From Catajapyx aquilonaris (lineage: Eukaryota), in the NCBI GenBank assembly GCA_000934665.2, contig KZ538960.1, forward strand, positions 1 to 38,883: 38,883 bases of DNA, given 5' to 3'. A model generated the notes under the pieces. The model searched no databases. It was not told the origin of the DNA and worked only from the letters and a program-made list of their open reading frames with translations. A program made the position numbers and the translations under genes. Shown in pieces: positions 9,826-22,015 of this stretch; position 1 is the first letter of the stretch; every line of letters begins with the position of its first letter.

Positions 9826-12800
9826 ATGGAGTCATACGGCTACGTGGCAGTGATCCGTAAGAATGGAGCAGAAGGGTCCAAATTAGAGCTAGAGGGTGGG
9901 CGGATTACCTTTGGCCGCTCAGCAGATAATTCCGTCCGCATCCAATTCAATACTGTGGCTGACCAGCACTGCTACATTGAAGCAGATTCCAAGACTGGAC
10001 GTATCCATTTGGTCAACCTGGTCCGAGAAAATCCTGCCCTGCTGAATGGGACAGGGTTAACCCCAAATAAAAAGGCAACCCTGAAGACAGGTGATGTCAT
10101 CAATGTTGTTGGGCGGGATTTCCGCTGGGTCAGAAATGCCAGCAGGAAGTCACCACCATCAAGCCCGAAGAAGTTTCCTTCTATTTCACCCACGAAGTTG
10201 GCATCGACATCTCCTAAGAAGGCCCTTGCCTCACCCAAGAGGACATTGTCTCCAAATAAGTCACCAAAGTCACTTAAGAAAACTGTGGCTCCGAAGAAGA
10301 AGTCTTTAATTCCAATGCCAGTTTCATTGCTGAAGAAGTTAGGGACACCGAAGACACCTGCAGTGCCTAAGAAGTTGACCTCTCCAAAGCCTTCTGTGTC
10401 ATCTAAGAGGGTAGCATCTCCAAAGGCATCTGCATCGCCGAAGAAAGCAACCTCTCCAAAAGCATCTGCATCGCCTAAGAAGTCGGCTTCTCCGAAGACA
10501 TCTGCATCACCTAAGAAGTTTGCCTCGCCAAAGAAATTGGCATCACCTAAGAAGTCAGCTTCTCCGAAAACATCCGCAACACCTAAGAAGTTTGCCTCGC
10601 CAAAGAAATCAGCATCACCTAAGAAGTCAGTATCTCCAAAGGCATCTGCATCGCCTAAGAAGTCATCCTCTTCGAAGAAATCACCATCGCCTAAGAAGTC
10701 AGCATCCACAAAGACACCTGCATCACTGAAGAAGGCAGTGTCTCCAAAGAAGTCGGCTTCACCCAAGAAGAGGAAGAGATCTGTAAGCTTGGAGGGCACG
10801 TCCCCAAAGGTGAAACGGATTAAAAGGACTGGAGTGTCATTTGGACCTCAATTGAGTCCAGAGGTATATGATAGAAAGCTCCCACCAATAACTCCAGTGA
10901 GAAGAGGGGGCAGGCCTCCCTCCCGGAGAGTGCCCACCCCTAACTACTTTGGGAACCCCATCATTTATGAGAGAGGTTTCAAGCGGAAGTCGGAACCATT
11001 CCAGGTGGGTTTCTTTTTCTGGGAATGTAGCAGTAAAGATTATGTTGGGCTGGTCCAACTAAAATCTATCCTGCAACAGATCCTTTGTCTCATGTAGAAC
11101 TGCTAAATTTATTGATTTTCTCATTTTTAAAAGTCACAACTACTGGTGGCTGGCACTTCAACCAAGCAAAGGTCAGCCAAGTCCATCGGTGCATTTGCAA
11201 GTCCATTCGTAAGAGGGAAGATGAGAAGGCTCACTGCCGCTACCCCAATGCCACCTGAGTTGGAGGTGAGTCATTATACATACTTGATCATGGCCATTTG
11301 TAATGATAATTTTTTTCTCTTTAGGACTTTGGAACGCCATCAGGTTCTGTCCCCATGGTCGTGGATTCACCTCTGGTATCCCCAACCAAGAACTCCCCAC
11401 AGAAGACTACCTCGAGGAAGTCACCAAAGAGTGCTTCTCCAAAAGCAGCAACACCTAAGAAGTCTCCAAAGGTGGCTTCTCCAAAAGCAGCAACGCCTAA
11501 GAGGTCTCCGAAGGTGACTTCTCCAAAAGCAGCAACGCCTAAGAAGTCTCCTAAGGTGGCTTCTCCAAAAGCAGCAACGCCTAAGAGGTCTCCTAAGGTG
11601 GCTTCTCCAAAAGCAGCAACGCCTAAGAGGTCTCCTAAGGTGGCTTCTCCAAAAGCAGCAACCCCTAAGAAGTCTCCAAAGGTGGCTTCTCCAAAAGCAG
11701 CAACCCCTAAGAAGTCTCCAAAGGTGGCTTCTCCAAAAGCAGCAACCCCTAAGAAGTCTCCAAAGGTGGCTTCTCCAAAAGCAGCAACGCCTAAGAGGTC
11801 TCCAAAGGTGGCTTCTCCAAAAGCAGCAACCCCTAAGAAGTCTCCAAAGGTGGCTTCTCCAAAAGCAGCAACGCCTAAGAGGTCTCCAAAGGTGGCTTTA
11901 TCCAAGATGTCTCCTACTGCCAAATCATCTCCTGTGAAATCAACACCTACTATCTCATCAAGTGTGGCACGTTCACCAAGCCTTTCACCTAAGGCAACCC
12001 CAAGAGGGAAGTCGCCCAAGAACTCACCCAGAAAGTCTAGATCACCTAAGAAGGTGATTCCAAAGGTTGCACTGAAATTTCCGTCTATGGAATCACCTGA
12101 GGATTTGCAGGGGTCAATTTTCCATGTGCCTGAATCACCGGTTTCTTCACCAACTATGACATCACCCACTAAATCTGCTAGTGAAAAATCTCCATCTAAG
12201 ACGCCCAGGAATGCCACCCCTGAAAAATCTGCATCGTCTGAGATTCCCAGACAGTCCAAGGCTGGAAAGTCTAGTCCAACAAAGACTACCAGGAAATCCA
12301 GTCCTGGGAAAATTGCGGCAGTCAATACTCCTCAGAAGCCCGCTTCCAGGAAGTCAGCGCCTGGAAAATTTTCTTCAGTTCAGGTACTAAAGAAAAGCAC
12401 AACTTCACTGACTTCACCTAATAAACTTGCACCCGTAGCCTTGTATGTGAAGGAACCACTGATTCCTGCAGTGGAGGTGAGTGAAAAAGTGTGTAGGGAA
12501 TGTGAAAGGACGTGTTCCATGATCCGTTTTGTTGCTGTGAACCTTCCTTTCGGAGGAGATCGTACCTAACAATATCGGAATCTAAAGTTACACTCGGGAA
12601 ATAGAAATTTCCTTGCCTTCGGGGGGGGGGAAGAGAGAGAAGGAGAGAGCACATCACAGCCTGAAACATTGGAGTTCACGAATTTGAAACCCTGATTGTA
12701 ACAAGTGGTAATCCCAATAGTTAAAAAGAAAACGAGAGTTTCACTTTTCTGACTGTGTCATTGTTAGGTTCCATCTCCACTAAAAATTGTGGTGTACTGC

Positions 12801-15800
12801 AACGAAATTGATTCTGGAACACATCATTTATGCTTGATCAGAAAATATGTAAAATGAATCGTGATCTATGTGGTTGTTAGAAACTATTCTTTATTTACAA
12901 AACACCATGCATGATACTTCAAGATATTTGTCTTATCCATAAACACCGTTTAAACCTTGATACAAATCGATTTTTATTATTACAGCGAGTGTTAAAAAAA
13001 ACTATGTTGTCATGAGCTTCAAATCCTATTGATCAATTCAGTGTGTTTGTCTAATGAGCATAAATTTTGAGGCGCAGATGAAAGTGCTGCAAGTGTTCAA
13101 GAAGAACATTTATCTTGAGGGACTGAAAGAATTTGTGATGCAAGACCTGTGCATGAGCATGCAATGTTGATTTATGTTGCAACAAAATATTGGCCTTTTC
13201 TCCAACCATTTTTTTTATGTTTTTTTTTTTCTTCATTAAATTTGTAACATTCTGTGTCTCCAGGGGAAGGCAACGCCTAAGAAATCTCAAGCAAGCAAGC
13301 CAGCCACTCCCAAGGGAAGTCAGAAATTGTCCAGGGCTAGTCCAAAATCTGCAGCGTCTAAGGTGAGTCGTCGCATTAATTTTAACCATTTATGCCATGC
13401 ATACTCATGACAACCAGTTTGTCTTATGGCATGATGTGTTTCATTTTTTCGAAGGTGTAAAGGCCCATACACACAAGCCGTCGACGGTTTTGGTTTTTGG
13501 TCGCGTTGACGCCGCGGACCAATCATGACCCAAGTAAACAAGCTCTAAACAATGGGTTGCGCTTGTTTACATGGGTCATGATTGGTCCGCGGCGTCAACG
13601 CAACCAAAACCGTCGACGGCCTGTTTGTATGGGCCTTAATGTTGCTAACATATGTTGTACATACTGCATGACTTTGCCATAAACCATGTAAGTTAACAAG
13701 GCCAGACGTGAAATTTGCATTGGGATTGCTTAGACACATTTGCATTTTTTAATAAAAGACATTTGAATAAGCAGTTTCATTGGGAGACATACTGTATGAA
13801 CAGCAGACGTAACATTAACCTAGAAGTTCCTTTGTAGGTGAAGGTTAGTGTTAATGTGTTCAGTCTTTATTCTCCAGAAGTCCACACCTCAAAAACTCTC
13901 TGAATCTCCAAAGACCATGAAGGAAACCACACCAGGATCTAAGAGTTGGGAAAAGTCGACTGCCAAGTCCAAAACACCTGTGAGTAATTTTAACCTCTGT
14001 GAGATCTTTTGTTTTATGTAAATGAATTTACATTAATGCCCCTGTCGTTTATCAAAGTCGCAATTGTATCATTTACTGTTGTTTTGTTTGTTGGCCAACA
14101 GGTTACCCCAAAATCCAGTCAGGCGACACCTAAAAGTAAGGGCAAGGATGCTGTCCGCAAACGTTCCACATTGTTGACAGAGACCTCTGCTCTCCTCGAG
14201 GTGGATCCTGCATTGTCAGTCCTGAAATCTCCTCCTAAGTCCAAGAGAGTGACCATGAGCCTTCCCAGAGCTATCAAGAGGAGGAGGGCTACAGAAGTCA
14301 GCATGACTCCAGTGGCTGTTCCAGCCAAACGGACCAGATTGTTATCCACTCCAAAGGTGTCTGCCAAACCCAAGCAGACACCCAAGCAGACCCCAAAGTC
14401 AGCAGTTAAGCTTCTGTTTCCAGACAGGGCAACCCCACAGACACCAGCAGTAAGGAGGCCAGCTACGTTGCTTGAAATTAGTAGGAGGAAGACCCCAGCA
14501 GCCAAGAAGCCACTCTACTCATCTGTGGTCAAGGCTGGAAGGTTGTCCAAGAGGAAGTCCGTCCTGCTTAAGTCTGCCGTCAAGAAGAAGAAGCAGCCTA
14601 CCAAGGTGTCCAACAGAAAGTCCATCCACAATGTTAAGATCGTAAGTCCAAATCATTAGATTGCAATAGAGCCATTTTACACCCTGTTATAGGTAAACTG
14701 TTTGTGTGTCATAAAAATCGAAATAATTGAAGATTCCTAGCACCTGGAGCCATTATAAATTTTAAAAATTGTTGATTTGTGATGTTTAAACCAAACTTGA
14801 CACACCATAAAGAATATACAGTATAGTGGGAGGAAGAGAAGGAAAACTGAGTTTCACCTGATCACGTAATGTTAGTCGCTCCGGTTAAAATTGCATGTCG
14901 GGGAGACTCCTGAGATCCATGCAGTTGGCTTTGGTTTGACACAATATCTTCCTGTTTCTCTTAGGTTGTAGCCAAGAAGTTTGAAGCTGCCGCCAAAGGT
15001 CGTAAAAAGAAGCCCAAGCTGTACTACCTTTCATCTGCCGAGACCAGTCCAGTTTCACCATCCCCTCATGCCCCATCCACCTCCACTCCAGCGTCTTTGG
15101 CTCTTTCTCACTTGCCTTCAAATTCATCCACACAATCTGCCACACTTTCCTCTGCAGACTCCTCTGCAAATCCCTCACAGGTCATTCAGAATGTGACATC
15201 ATTTGATTTTGCGGGCTCTACCACTCCGCAGATCTCTTTAGAACGTTTTGTTTCACCCATTGCCACTGCGACACCACACCCTGAATATGTGAACATATCT
15301 GGGATACGTGGCCATTTTCGGGTCCCATCATCTACCCCACTGGACATCCATGACCTTGGGGTGGTCAAAGTCTCTCCGAAGAAGTCGGTCGACTTTGTTA
15401 GCTTCCGTAATGTCATGCGTCGCAAGATGGCCGCAAATCTTAATACAGAAGGTTACACTGGAGTTGGTTCTATGCTTAGAACACCCGAAGACAGCACACC
15501 AGTTGCTGTGGCCACTGCTGTTCCAGATGTTCCAGGCTACACGGGTGTGAAGCGATTATTCAGGAAGAGCCACGTCCCAGATTACTCGCAGGTCATGGGT
15601 GTGCGAAGAGTTCTAGCTGGAAATGCTGGTGGGGCCACACCAGATTACACCGATGTGGCTGGCATCAAGAAGATGATGCAGGCAGCAGCCGCTGGAAATG
15701 ATGGGAAGGTCAGCTTTGATGGGATTAAGGAGTTAATGGCCACACCAGAAGGTTGGGAGGAGACGAGAGGTGCTGCCAAGAGGAAGGGAGCGAGAGCAGG

Positions 15801-18800
15801 TTAGTGAAACACTCATGTTTAGTTGGTGTCGCACAAATGCTGTGTTAGTGTTGCATGAAGCAATTTAAAAGTTACGATTTGCTGGACTATTGAATTGCTT
15901 CTGGAATAACGAAAAATGTCTGCAATGGGATTTGTATGTTGGGAGAATGGAGCAGATGTTTTTTGATAGTATGGCAAAATATCCCTGATGTTTTCACATG
16001 TGATGTGACCAGTGAGAAGACTTATTTAACCTGCAAACAGACAACATTAATTTTCTCAACAAAAAAGCATCAAAAAAATCATTAAAATGTTATGTTCCAT
16101 GAGAGACTCATCAGTGATGCTCTTTTAATGTTTTGCGGTTTACAGTGTAGGGAAGGAGAAGGAAGGAGTCAAGTAGAGGTTGGGAGCAATTTGACACTGC
16201 AATGTCACAGTTGCATGAGGTTTTCTGCAAATCTACTGGTCATTTTAGTGATGTAAATAATTTTTCCAGCAAATTTTCTAATACTGATACTGGATATGAT
16301 TGTACAAGTAAGCAGTTTCAATGAGACAATATTATATTCCATTTCATAACTTTTGCTCCAGTCTGTGCATTATAATACTCCCGCAGGAGCAAAAGTCTTA
16401 AAATGGGCTGGAAAATTTTAAATATGATCCCTGATAATATACAGTATTGCTCATTTAGCGGAGAAAGGCGTCAAGAGGCAACAACATACCAAACATTGGA
16501 GTCAGATGCAGCTTTGTAATTTAGGCACATTGTCAAATGTTGCTGGTAGCATTTTAACTGGCATGCTGTGCCAGGCAGAATTGGTTTTTTGTGCAGGGAA
16601 GAAGCGTTTAAATGAAGCTTCATGGGCCTAACCTTGTAATGTGCACCATTGCCCCCATCAGTCGGTTTGAGTGATCAAATGCATGAGTTTGTTCCTCAGT
16701 TTGCTCCCATTGTAACCTATTGGACCATTTCCAGTCTGAATCCCTTGGGGATAGGTTGACATTCCTCAGTTCTCTCAACATCCCACTTTCACCCTTGGTC
16801 AAACACAAGCCTGCCTACTCTGTGATGCGCAACCAGTGACTTAATTTACATTTCGTGTGCTGCAGTTGAAGCCAAGCCAACTGGAAGGAGGAAGATGGCT
16901 TCTGCAACCTCCACCCCAGTGCTAGTTCCAGCTGAGTTGACTCGCCCACCATCAATGACAACCCTTCCCTCGCCCATTCCTGCAGTAACTAGGCACCAGC
17001 AGAAGACCCGTCCTTCCGTGGTTGCAAAGCCAGCTGGAGTTCACAAAAAAGGGAGGAAGAAGATTACAAAGGTGGTGCGAAGAAGCACCATGCAGGTATG
17101 ATGAATTGTTACAGTGGTTGAATAACCCCACATTTCACACGTTAGAACATGAATTATGTGCATTAAATTTAAACTGCATATTAATGCAATAACAGTCTGC
17201 CTTGGTGAAAGTTTTCACTACTGAACAGGTTAATGGGACTTCAAAATTACACTGAATTGTCACAAATAATTATTTCGTAATGGGCAAGTTTTCACTGACA
17301 GTGTGTATGTGATGTATTTTACTAGGTTGGCAATGGAGTGCTAATGGAAAAGATAAATTATGGGGGGTGTACCATATCAGTAGATGCTGTGTTTGGTTTT
17401 GTCACTTAATGCTTAACTGACGTTAATGTGGTAGCATAACGGTGGGTTATTATTGACTAATTGACCAAGGAATACACAAAATCTGCGTGTCACTAGGAAA
17501 GACTAGGGTGACACTGAAGGGTAACAAGAATTGAATGGGTTACTGGGAAAATTGGGCTTTCCAAGTTGCACTTTCGGAAGAACACTTTCGGGGTATATAC
17601 TAGTAATGATAAGGCCCCTTCCACTTGTTGAAATATTTTAGCAAGATTGTCATACACCCACGGACCCTCTCCACAACACCCCTGTCCAAATCTCATTGCT
17701 CTCAATCAGCGCCTGCTGCCATGATGCCAGAACAGTGTTCACTAAGCATCTGCAGTTGCCACTTCCAGTTTGTATTTCCTCCCTGAACATGATCCTATTT
17801 TATTCCTATCGGTCAGGAATAAGATATCTCCCACCTCCCACACCACGTATATTTTCTTCAACAGCTGCACTGCGGCCCTGAAACAGCGTTGGGTATACTA
17901 GCTAATAAGACCACTTCTGGTTAGAATATTCATTCCTAAAGTGGTCCTCTTTTACTCCAAATGGCCTGGAGTATCCTACTAGCAGAACAACTAGATTCTG
18001 TGTGTTTATTGGTCAGTTGTAGTTGATAATTACCAAGAAGGTGTTGGTCGTGAGGGTTGTGGTGGGATTTGGGTTCTGGTTTATGTTTGCAAACATTTGT
18101 GACTTTCTCGCAGGGACATACGGCTGTAGCCATTCTGATAGATTTTAGTGTCATCCTCTTGTGTAAAGATGCATATTTAAATTTCTGCTGCATATAATCC
18201 TGCAATGTGGGAAGGACAACTTCTTGAAATGCTGATAATTTTTTAAAAAAACTTGGTCATCATTCAAGTCATGCAAGCACTGCTCAGGAATTAAATTGCA
18301 GAAACAAAGCGTCTAATCTCAGAATGAACAGAAGCCCCATAAATAGCCCAGACAGCATTGCCAAGTCTGGGTTTCATGTTGATTATGAATTATATACTTT
18401 TATCATCTTCACAATTTATTGAAATGTTTTGGTGAAGATATTTATTCAGCTCTTTTTCTTACCATTTCATATAAGTGGATAGAAAACTGGTACTTTTTTA
18501 AATGTTCCAGCTGCAGCATTGCCATTACTTCAGGTGGGGAAGAGCAGTAACGTGACAACACAATTGTTGCACACTAATCGTTTTCTTATTGACAAGGACT
18601 CAGACTTGGCAGTGTTCTACAGGTTATTTGTAGTTATGTCATGAAGGTATTGGTAGTTTTTGTTAACTTATTAAAGGGTGACTTCACTATGCGTTTTATA
18701 ATGTATAGATCTATAGGCAACAAATCTGGTTATTCCTTGAATGATGTGCGACTAAATCTCTTGCCTTTCTGCAGGTGGAGGAAGTGGTGACTGTAGAAAG

Positions 18801-21485
18801 TGTGGCTGACTCAGAAGAAGAGAAGAGTTTGGAGAATACTCCTGTGAAGACCCGCCGCCAAAAGGGGACATTCATGATGATGCTTACAGAGGATATACAT
18901 GAGTCTCCTGTCAAGAAAGCAGGAGGGGCTAAGAAGGGGGTTGGTGCTGCTGCCAAGAAGGGATTGCCAAAGAGGGCTTCTAAACATAATGTCTCGGAGG
19001 CCAAGAAGCCAGCTACCCGAGCAAAGAGGGGTGGGAGTCGACAGGATACCCTCAAGCCTAAAGTTGCCTCTGATGGACTTGTTGTACCCAGTCCAAAACC
19101 AACCACAACTCGCAAAAAGTCCTCTGCAAGCAAGGCTACCAAGAAGAGGGTTGTTATGAGCAAGGTCAAGGGAGTACAAAAGGCCAAAAAAGCATCCCTG
19201 GCAAGAAAGTCAAAAGGAACTAAGAAAGCACCAGTGAAGGCCACCATCCCCTTGAGCAAAGATGATGGTAAAGACCAGCCATCTGAAGACGGCATCTCCA
19301 GCAGTGACAAGTCACCACCAGCCAAAGGAAGGGGTGCAAAAAGAGGGGCACCTCATAGATCCCTTAATACAAGCTCTGTCACAAAGCCACCTGCTGGCAG
19401 GTCTACCCGAGGAAAGAAACAGCAAGCTGATGGCTTGACTGCCCAACCTTCACCGGTGGCCACGAGGACTCGTCCAGGGAAGGCTTCAAAACCCACCACT
19501 AAGGCGGCTAAGACGGGTAAGGGCTCCAGCACAGTCAAGAAGCCAGCAAAAGGGAAAACCACCCGAGGAAAGGCTGCATCAGCAGATGAAAGTGCAGATC
19601 TCATGTCGCCACAACAAGGGAAGGAGTCACCAGCCGTGGCTCGGCCTGCAAAGAAGGCAGCACCTGTGAAGGGGAAGACTGCTTCTCCAGTTAAGAGGCC
19701 TAAGAGGGGCAAGGCAGCCTCTGCCAACAACACAAAGGTTTCACCAGTCACTAGCAGGGCTCCCAAAGAGATGGCACCACTCAAGGGCACCATTGCAAGT
19801 GCCATAAAGAAGCCTCGTAAGGGCAAGGCTGCCAGGTCACAAGCAGTGCCACTGGCCAGTTCTACCAGTTCAGCTGAGGAAGTGTCAGTGGCTACTGCAG
19901 GAAGGTCCCAGAAAACTAGAGCTGGGAAAACTGTTAGCAAAAAGCCAACTAGTGTTTCCAGTTCTGCAGAAGAGGCAGTAGTGAATCCTAAGAAGAGTAG
20001 AGCTGCGAAGGTTGCTAGCAGAAAGGCGGCTGGTGATTCCAATGTGGCAGTAGGGGGAGCCGGAAGTCCGAAGAAGACGAGAGCTGGGAGGTTTGCTGCC
20101 AAAAAGGCCGGTGGTGGTTCCAGTTCGGCAGAAGAGGGGTCAGTAGGTGCAGCAGCAAGTCCGAAGAAGACGAGAGCTGGGAGGTTTGCTGCCAAAAAGG
20201 CCGGTGGTGGTTCCAGTTCGGCAGAAGAGGGGTCAGTAGGTGCAGCAGCAAGTCCAAAGAAGACGAGAGCTGGGAGGTTTGCTGCCAAAAAGGCCGGTGG
20301 TGTATCCAGTTCGGCAGAAGAGGGGTCAGTAGGTGCAGCAGCGAGTCCGAAGAAGACGAGAGCTGGGAGGTTTGCTGCCAAAAAGGCTGGTGGTGTATCC
20401 AGTTCGGCAGAAGAGGGGTCAGTAGGTGCAGCAGCAAGTCCGAAGAAGACAAGAGCAAGGAAGGTTGATAATAAGAAGATAGCCACATTGAAGCCGAGCC
20501 GAGCCAAGGACTCTGAATTAGATGGCAAGGAAGCAAGCAATAGGGTGTCACCTCAGCAAGTTATGAAGCTAAAAGCAGTCCAGCGTCGGCTGTCTCGACC
20601 CAAGGTTACATTGACTGTCACGCTTGAGCCTGCATCAGATCTCAGCAGTTCAGGGGAGCAGTCAGTCACCTTTGATGTGCCACAACCCTCAACATCAAAG
20701 GCAGCAGTTAAAAAGTCTTCACGTAAGGCAGCCAATGGCACCACGACTTTGACAACTAAATCGAAGTCCACTGCAGCGAAGCCGAAACCTGCAGCCAAAT
20801 CCAAGCCTGCTTCTCGGTAAAGCTATTTTCTAATACTCTTCACTGACAAATGAGCACCTGGAATTCACTCTTAATTAGAATAATATAATTCCTGGCTCTA
20901 TTGTCGTATTCTAAATGGCCTTCAGAACCATAACTGATGTTGTTTTTTCGTAGGGATGTATCTCTCTCACCTGCCAAGACTCGACGTGGAACTCGGAGTC
21001 AAATGCCAGCCGCCCAGTCTCCTGATAGTGTGCCTAAGCGGAAGTATACGGTGACTGAATCTGACAGCACCCCTCCAAAACGGTATGTCCAACTTACAGG
21101 CTGATGTAGGGTGTCGGGAGAAAACACGTAGGGTAGCTGGGTAGCTGGAAAGTTTCTCCCAAGTGCTTTAAATGCCCAGAATTAGATTTTGTATTCATTT
21201 ATTTAGACGGTAATATGAAATTTGCGATTCTTTCTTGGACCTTAAAATTCATTTTATGGCCTGGAGCTCCAAACTTGGTGGATTGGTTTTCCCTTGCTCT
21301 TAATTGATTGGTTTTAACGATTAAAGTTGGCCCAAGCTCTATAAAAAGAGGTAGTGTGTAACTAGCTGTCTACATTGTTTTTCATTGCATATGCTGAATT
21401 TCACGACATTGACAACATTTTCTCTTCCAGTTCAAAGGTTCACACTCCAGCCCCACGGGCCCTTCGGTCTAGGGTGAACAAGTAA
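9826..21485 (+). CDS. MKI67-like: Proliferation marker Ki-67-like protein, ~2164 aa, 11 coding exons
   Basis: Exons 9826-11004, 11134-11265, 11325-12476, 13264-13362, 13878-13979, 14102-14641, 14965-15799, 16866-17095, 18775-20816, 20954-21082, 21431-21485, all GT-AG and phase-compatible. N-terminal FHA (VIRKNG...TFGRSAD...IQF...QHC...NP.LLNG...LKTGDVI...R.FR), PP1-binding-like VSFGPQLSPEVYDRKLPPITPVRRG, LYSSVVK block, GIKELMATP/GVKRLF-type motifs, basic disordered remainder ending RALRSRVNK. Confidence 0.8.
10380..10770 (+). repeat. Degenerate coding 18-bp repeat (SPKKSA / SPKASA units)
   Basis: About twenty 6-aa S/T-P-K-type units in the first coding exon. Confidence 0.85.
11421..11897 (+). 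repeat. Coding 42-bp tandem repeat, 11 units plus partial (SPKVASPKAATPK[K/R])
   Basis: Near-identical units at both DNA and protein level. Confidence 0.95.
13461..13636. mobile_element. Palindromic PIF/Harbinger-type MITE, copy 2 (176 bp), intronic
   Basis: Same family as 3898-4079 (AGGCCCATACACAC...CCGTCGACGG...CCAATCATGAC); TAA at 13458-13460 and 13637-13639. Confidence 0.9.
20065..20457 (+). repeat. Coding 93-bp tandem repeat, 4 units plus partial (SPKKTRAGRFAAKKAGG.SSSAEEGSVGAAA)
   Basis: Near-identical 31-aa units, with degenerate SSSAEE units just upstream. Confidence 0.95.
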
Positions 21486-21887
21486 GACCCTCATCAAGTA
21501 CAAAGAATCAAGTAGAACTATCAAGTAGATGGAAGAAAATATTTATATGGGATATGCCAGTTGGCAATTTTTTTTTTGTTGGAAAACGTAATAATTGATC
21601 ATCAGTAGGATCGATTATTATTATCGTTTTTAAAAATTATTCAGAAAAAGATTTTGCATCAAAGTTTTTAAAAATGTACTCTTAAAACGATTGTAGCATT
21701 TGGAAGGTTTGACCTGTATTTATCAGATATGTTTAACAGTGCCTTGGACAACTGTATTTTTTCAAAAACCAAGACTTCAAAATTGCTGTTATTCCATTGG
21801 CAAGCATGGTCAAGTTGTTTTTTTGTATGTGGGAGGCAGTAATCTTGGTAGTTCTGGCAAAGTTAATTTTTAAATTTTGATGCATTA

Positions 21888-22015
21888 AGCCACGTTTACA
21901 TGTGAGTGATTTGATCGACTATGTTGCAGCGATTGCATGGCTGAGTGCGATCGATATTGTTACCTTCTCTCAGCCATGTCATCACTGATCAAATCGCTCA
22001 CATGTAAATGCGGCT
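21888..22015. mobile_element. Harbinger-type MITE, 128 bp, in the probable 3' UTR of the Ki-67-like gene
   Basis: ~29-bp imperfect TIRs (AGCCACGTTTACATGTGAGTGATTTGATC), internal CATGGCTGAG/CTCAGCCATG inverted repeat, TTA at 21885-21887 and 22016-22018. Confidence 0.8.

Noticed and set aside
11421..11897. CRISPR-like regular repeat
   Set aside because: Head-to-tail in-frame coding units without unique spacers, in a eukaryotic exon.
9972..12325. Long minus-strand ORFs (275 and 334 aa)
   Set aside because: Antisense shadows of the repetitive SPK-rich coding strand; no independent gene signals.
17560..17905. Two Helitron-like 3' ends (GGGTATA...CTAG)
   Set aside because: Hairpins are weak and no 5' end or second copy is visible.
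18711..20804. Minus-strand ORFs up to 395 aa
   Set aside because: Antisense to the large Ki-67-like exon; low complexity explains the lack of stops.
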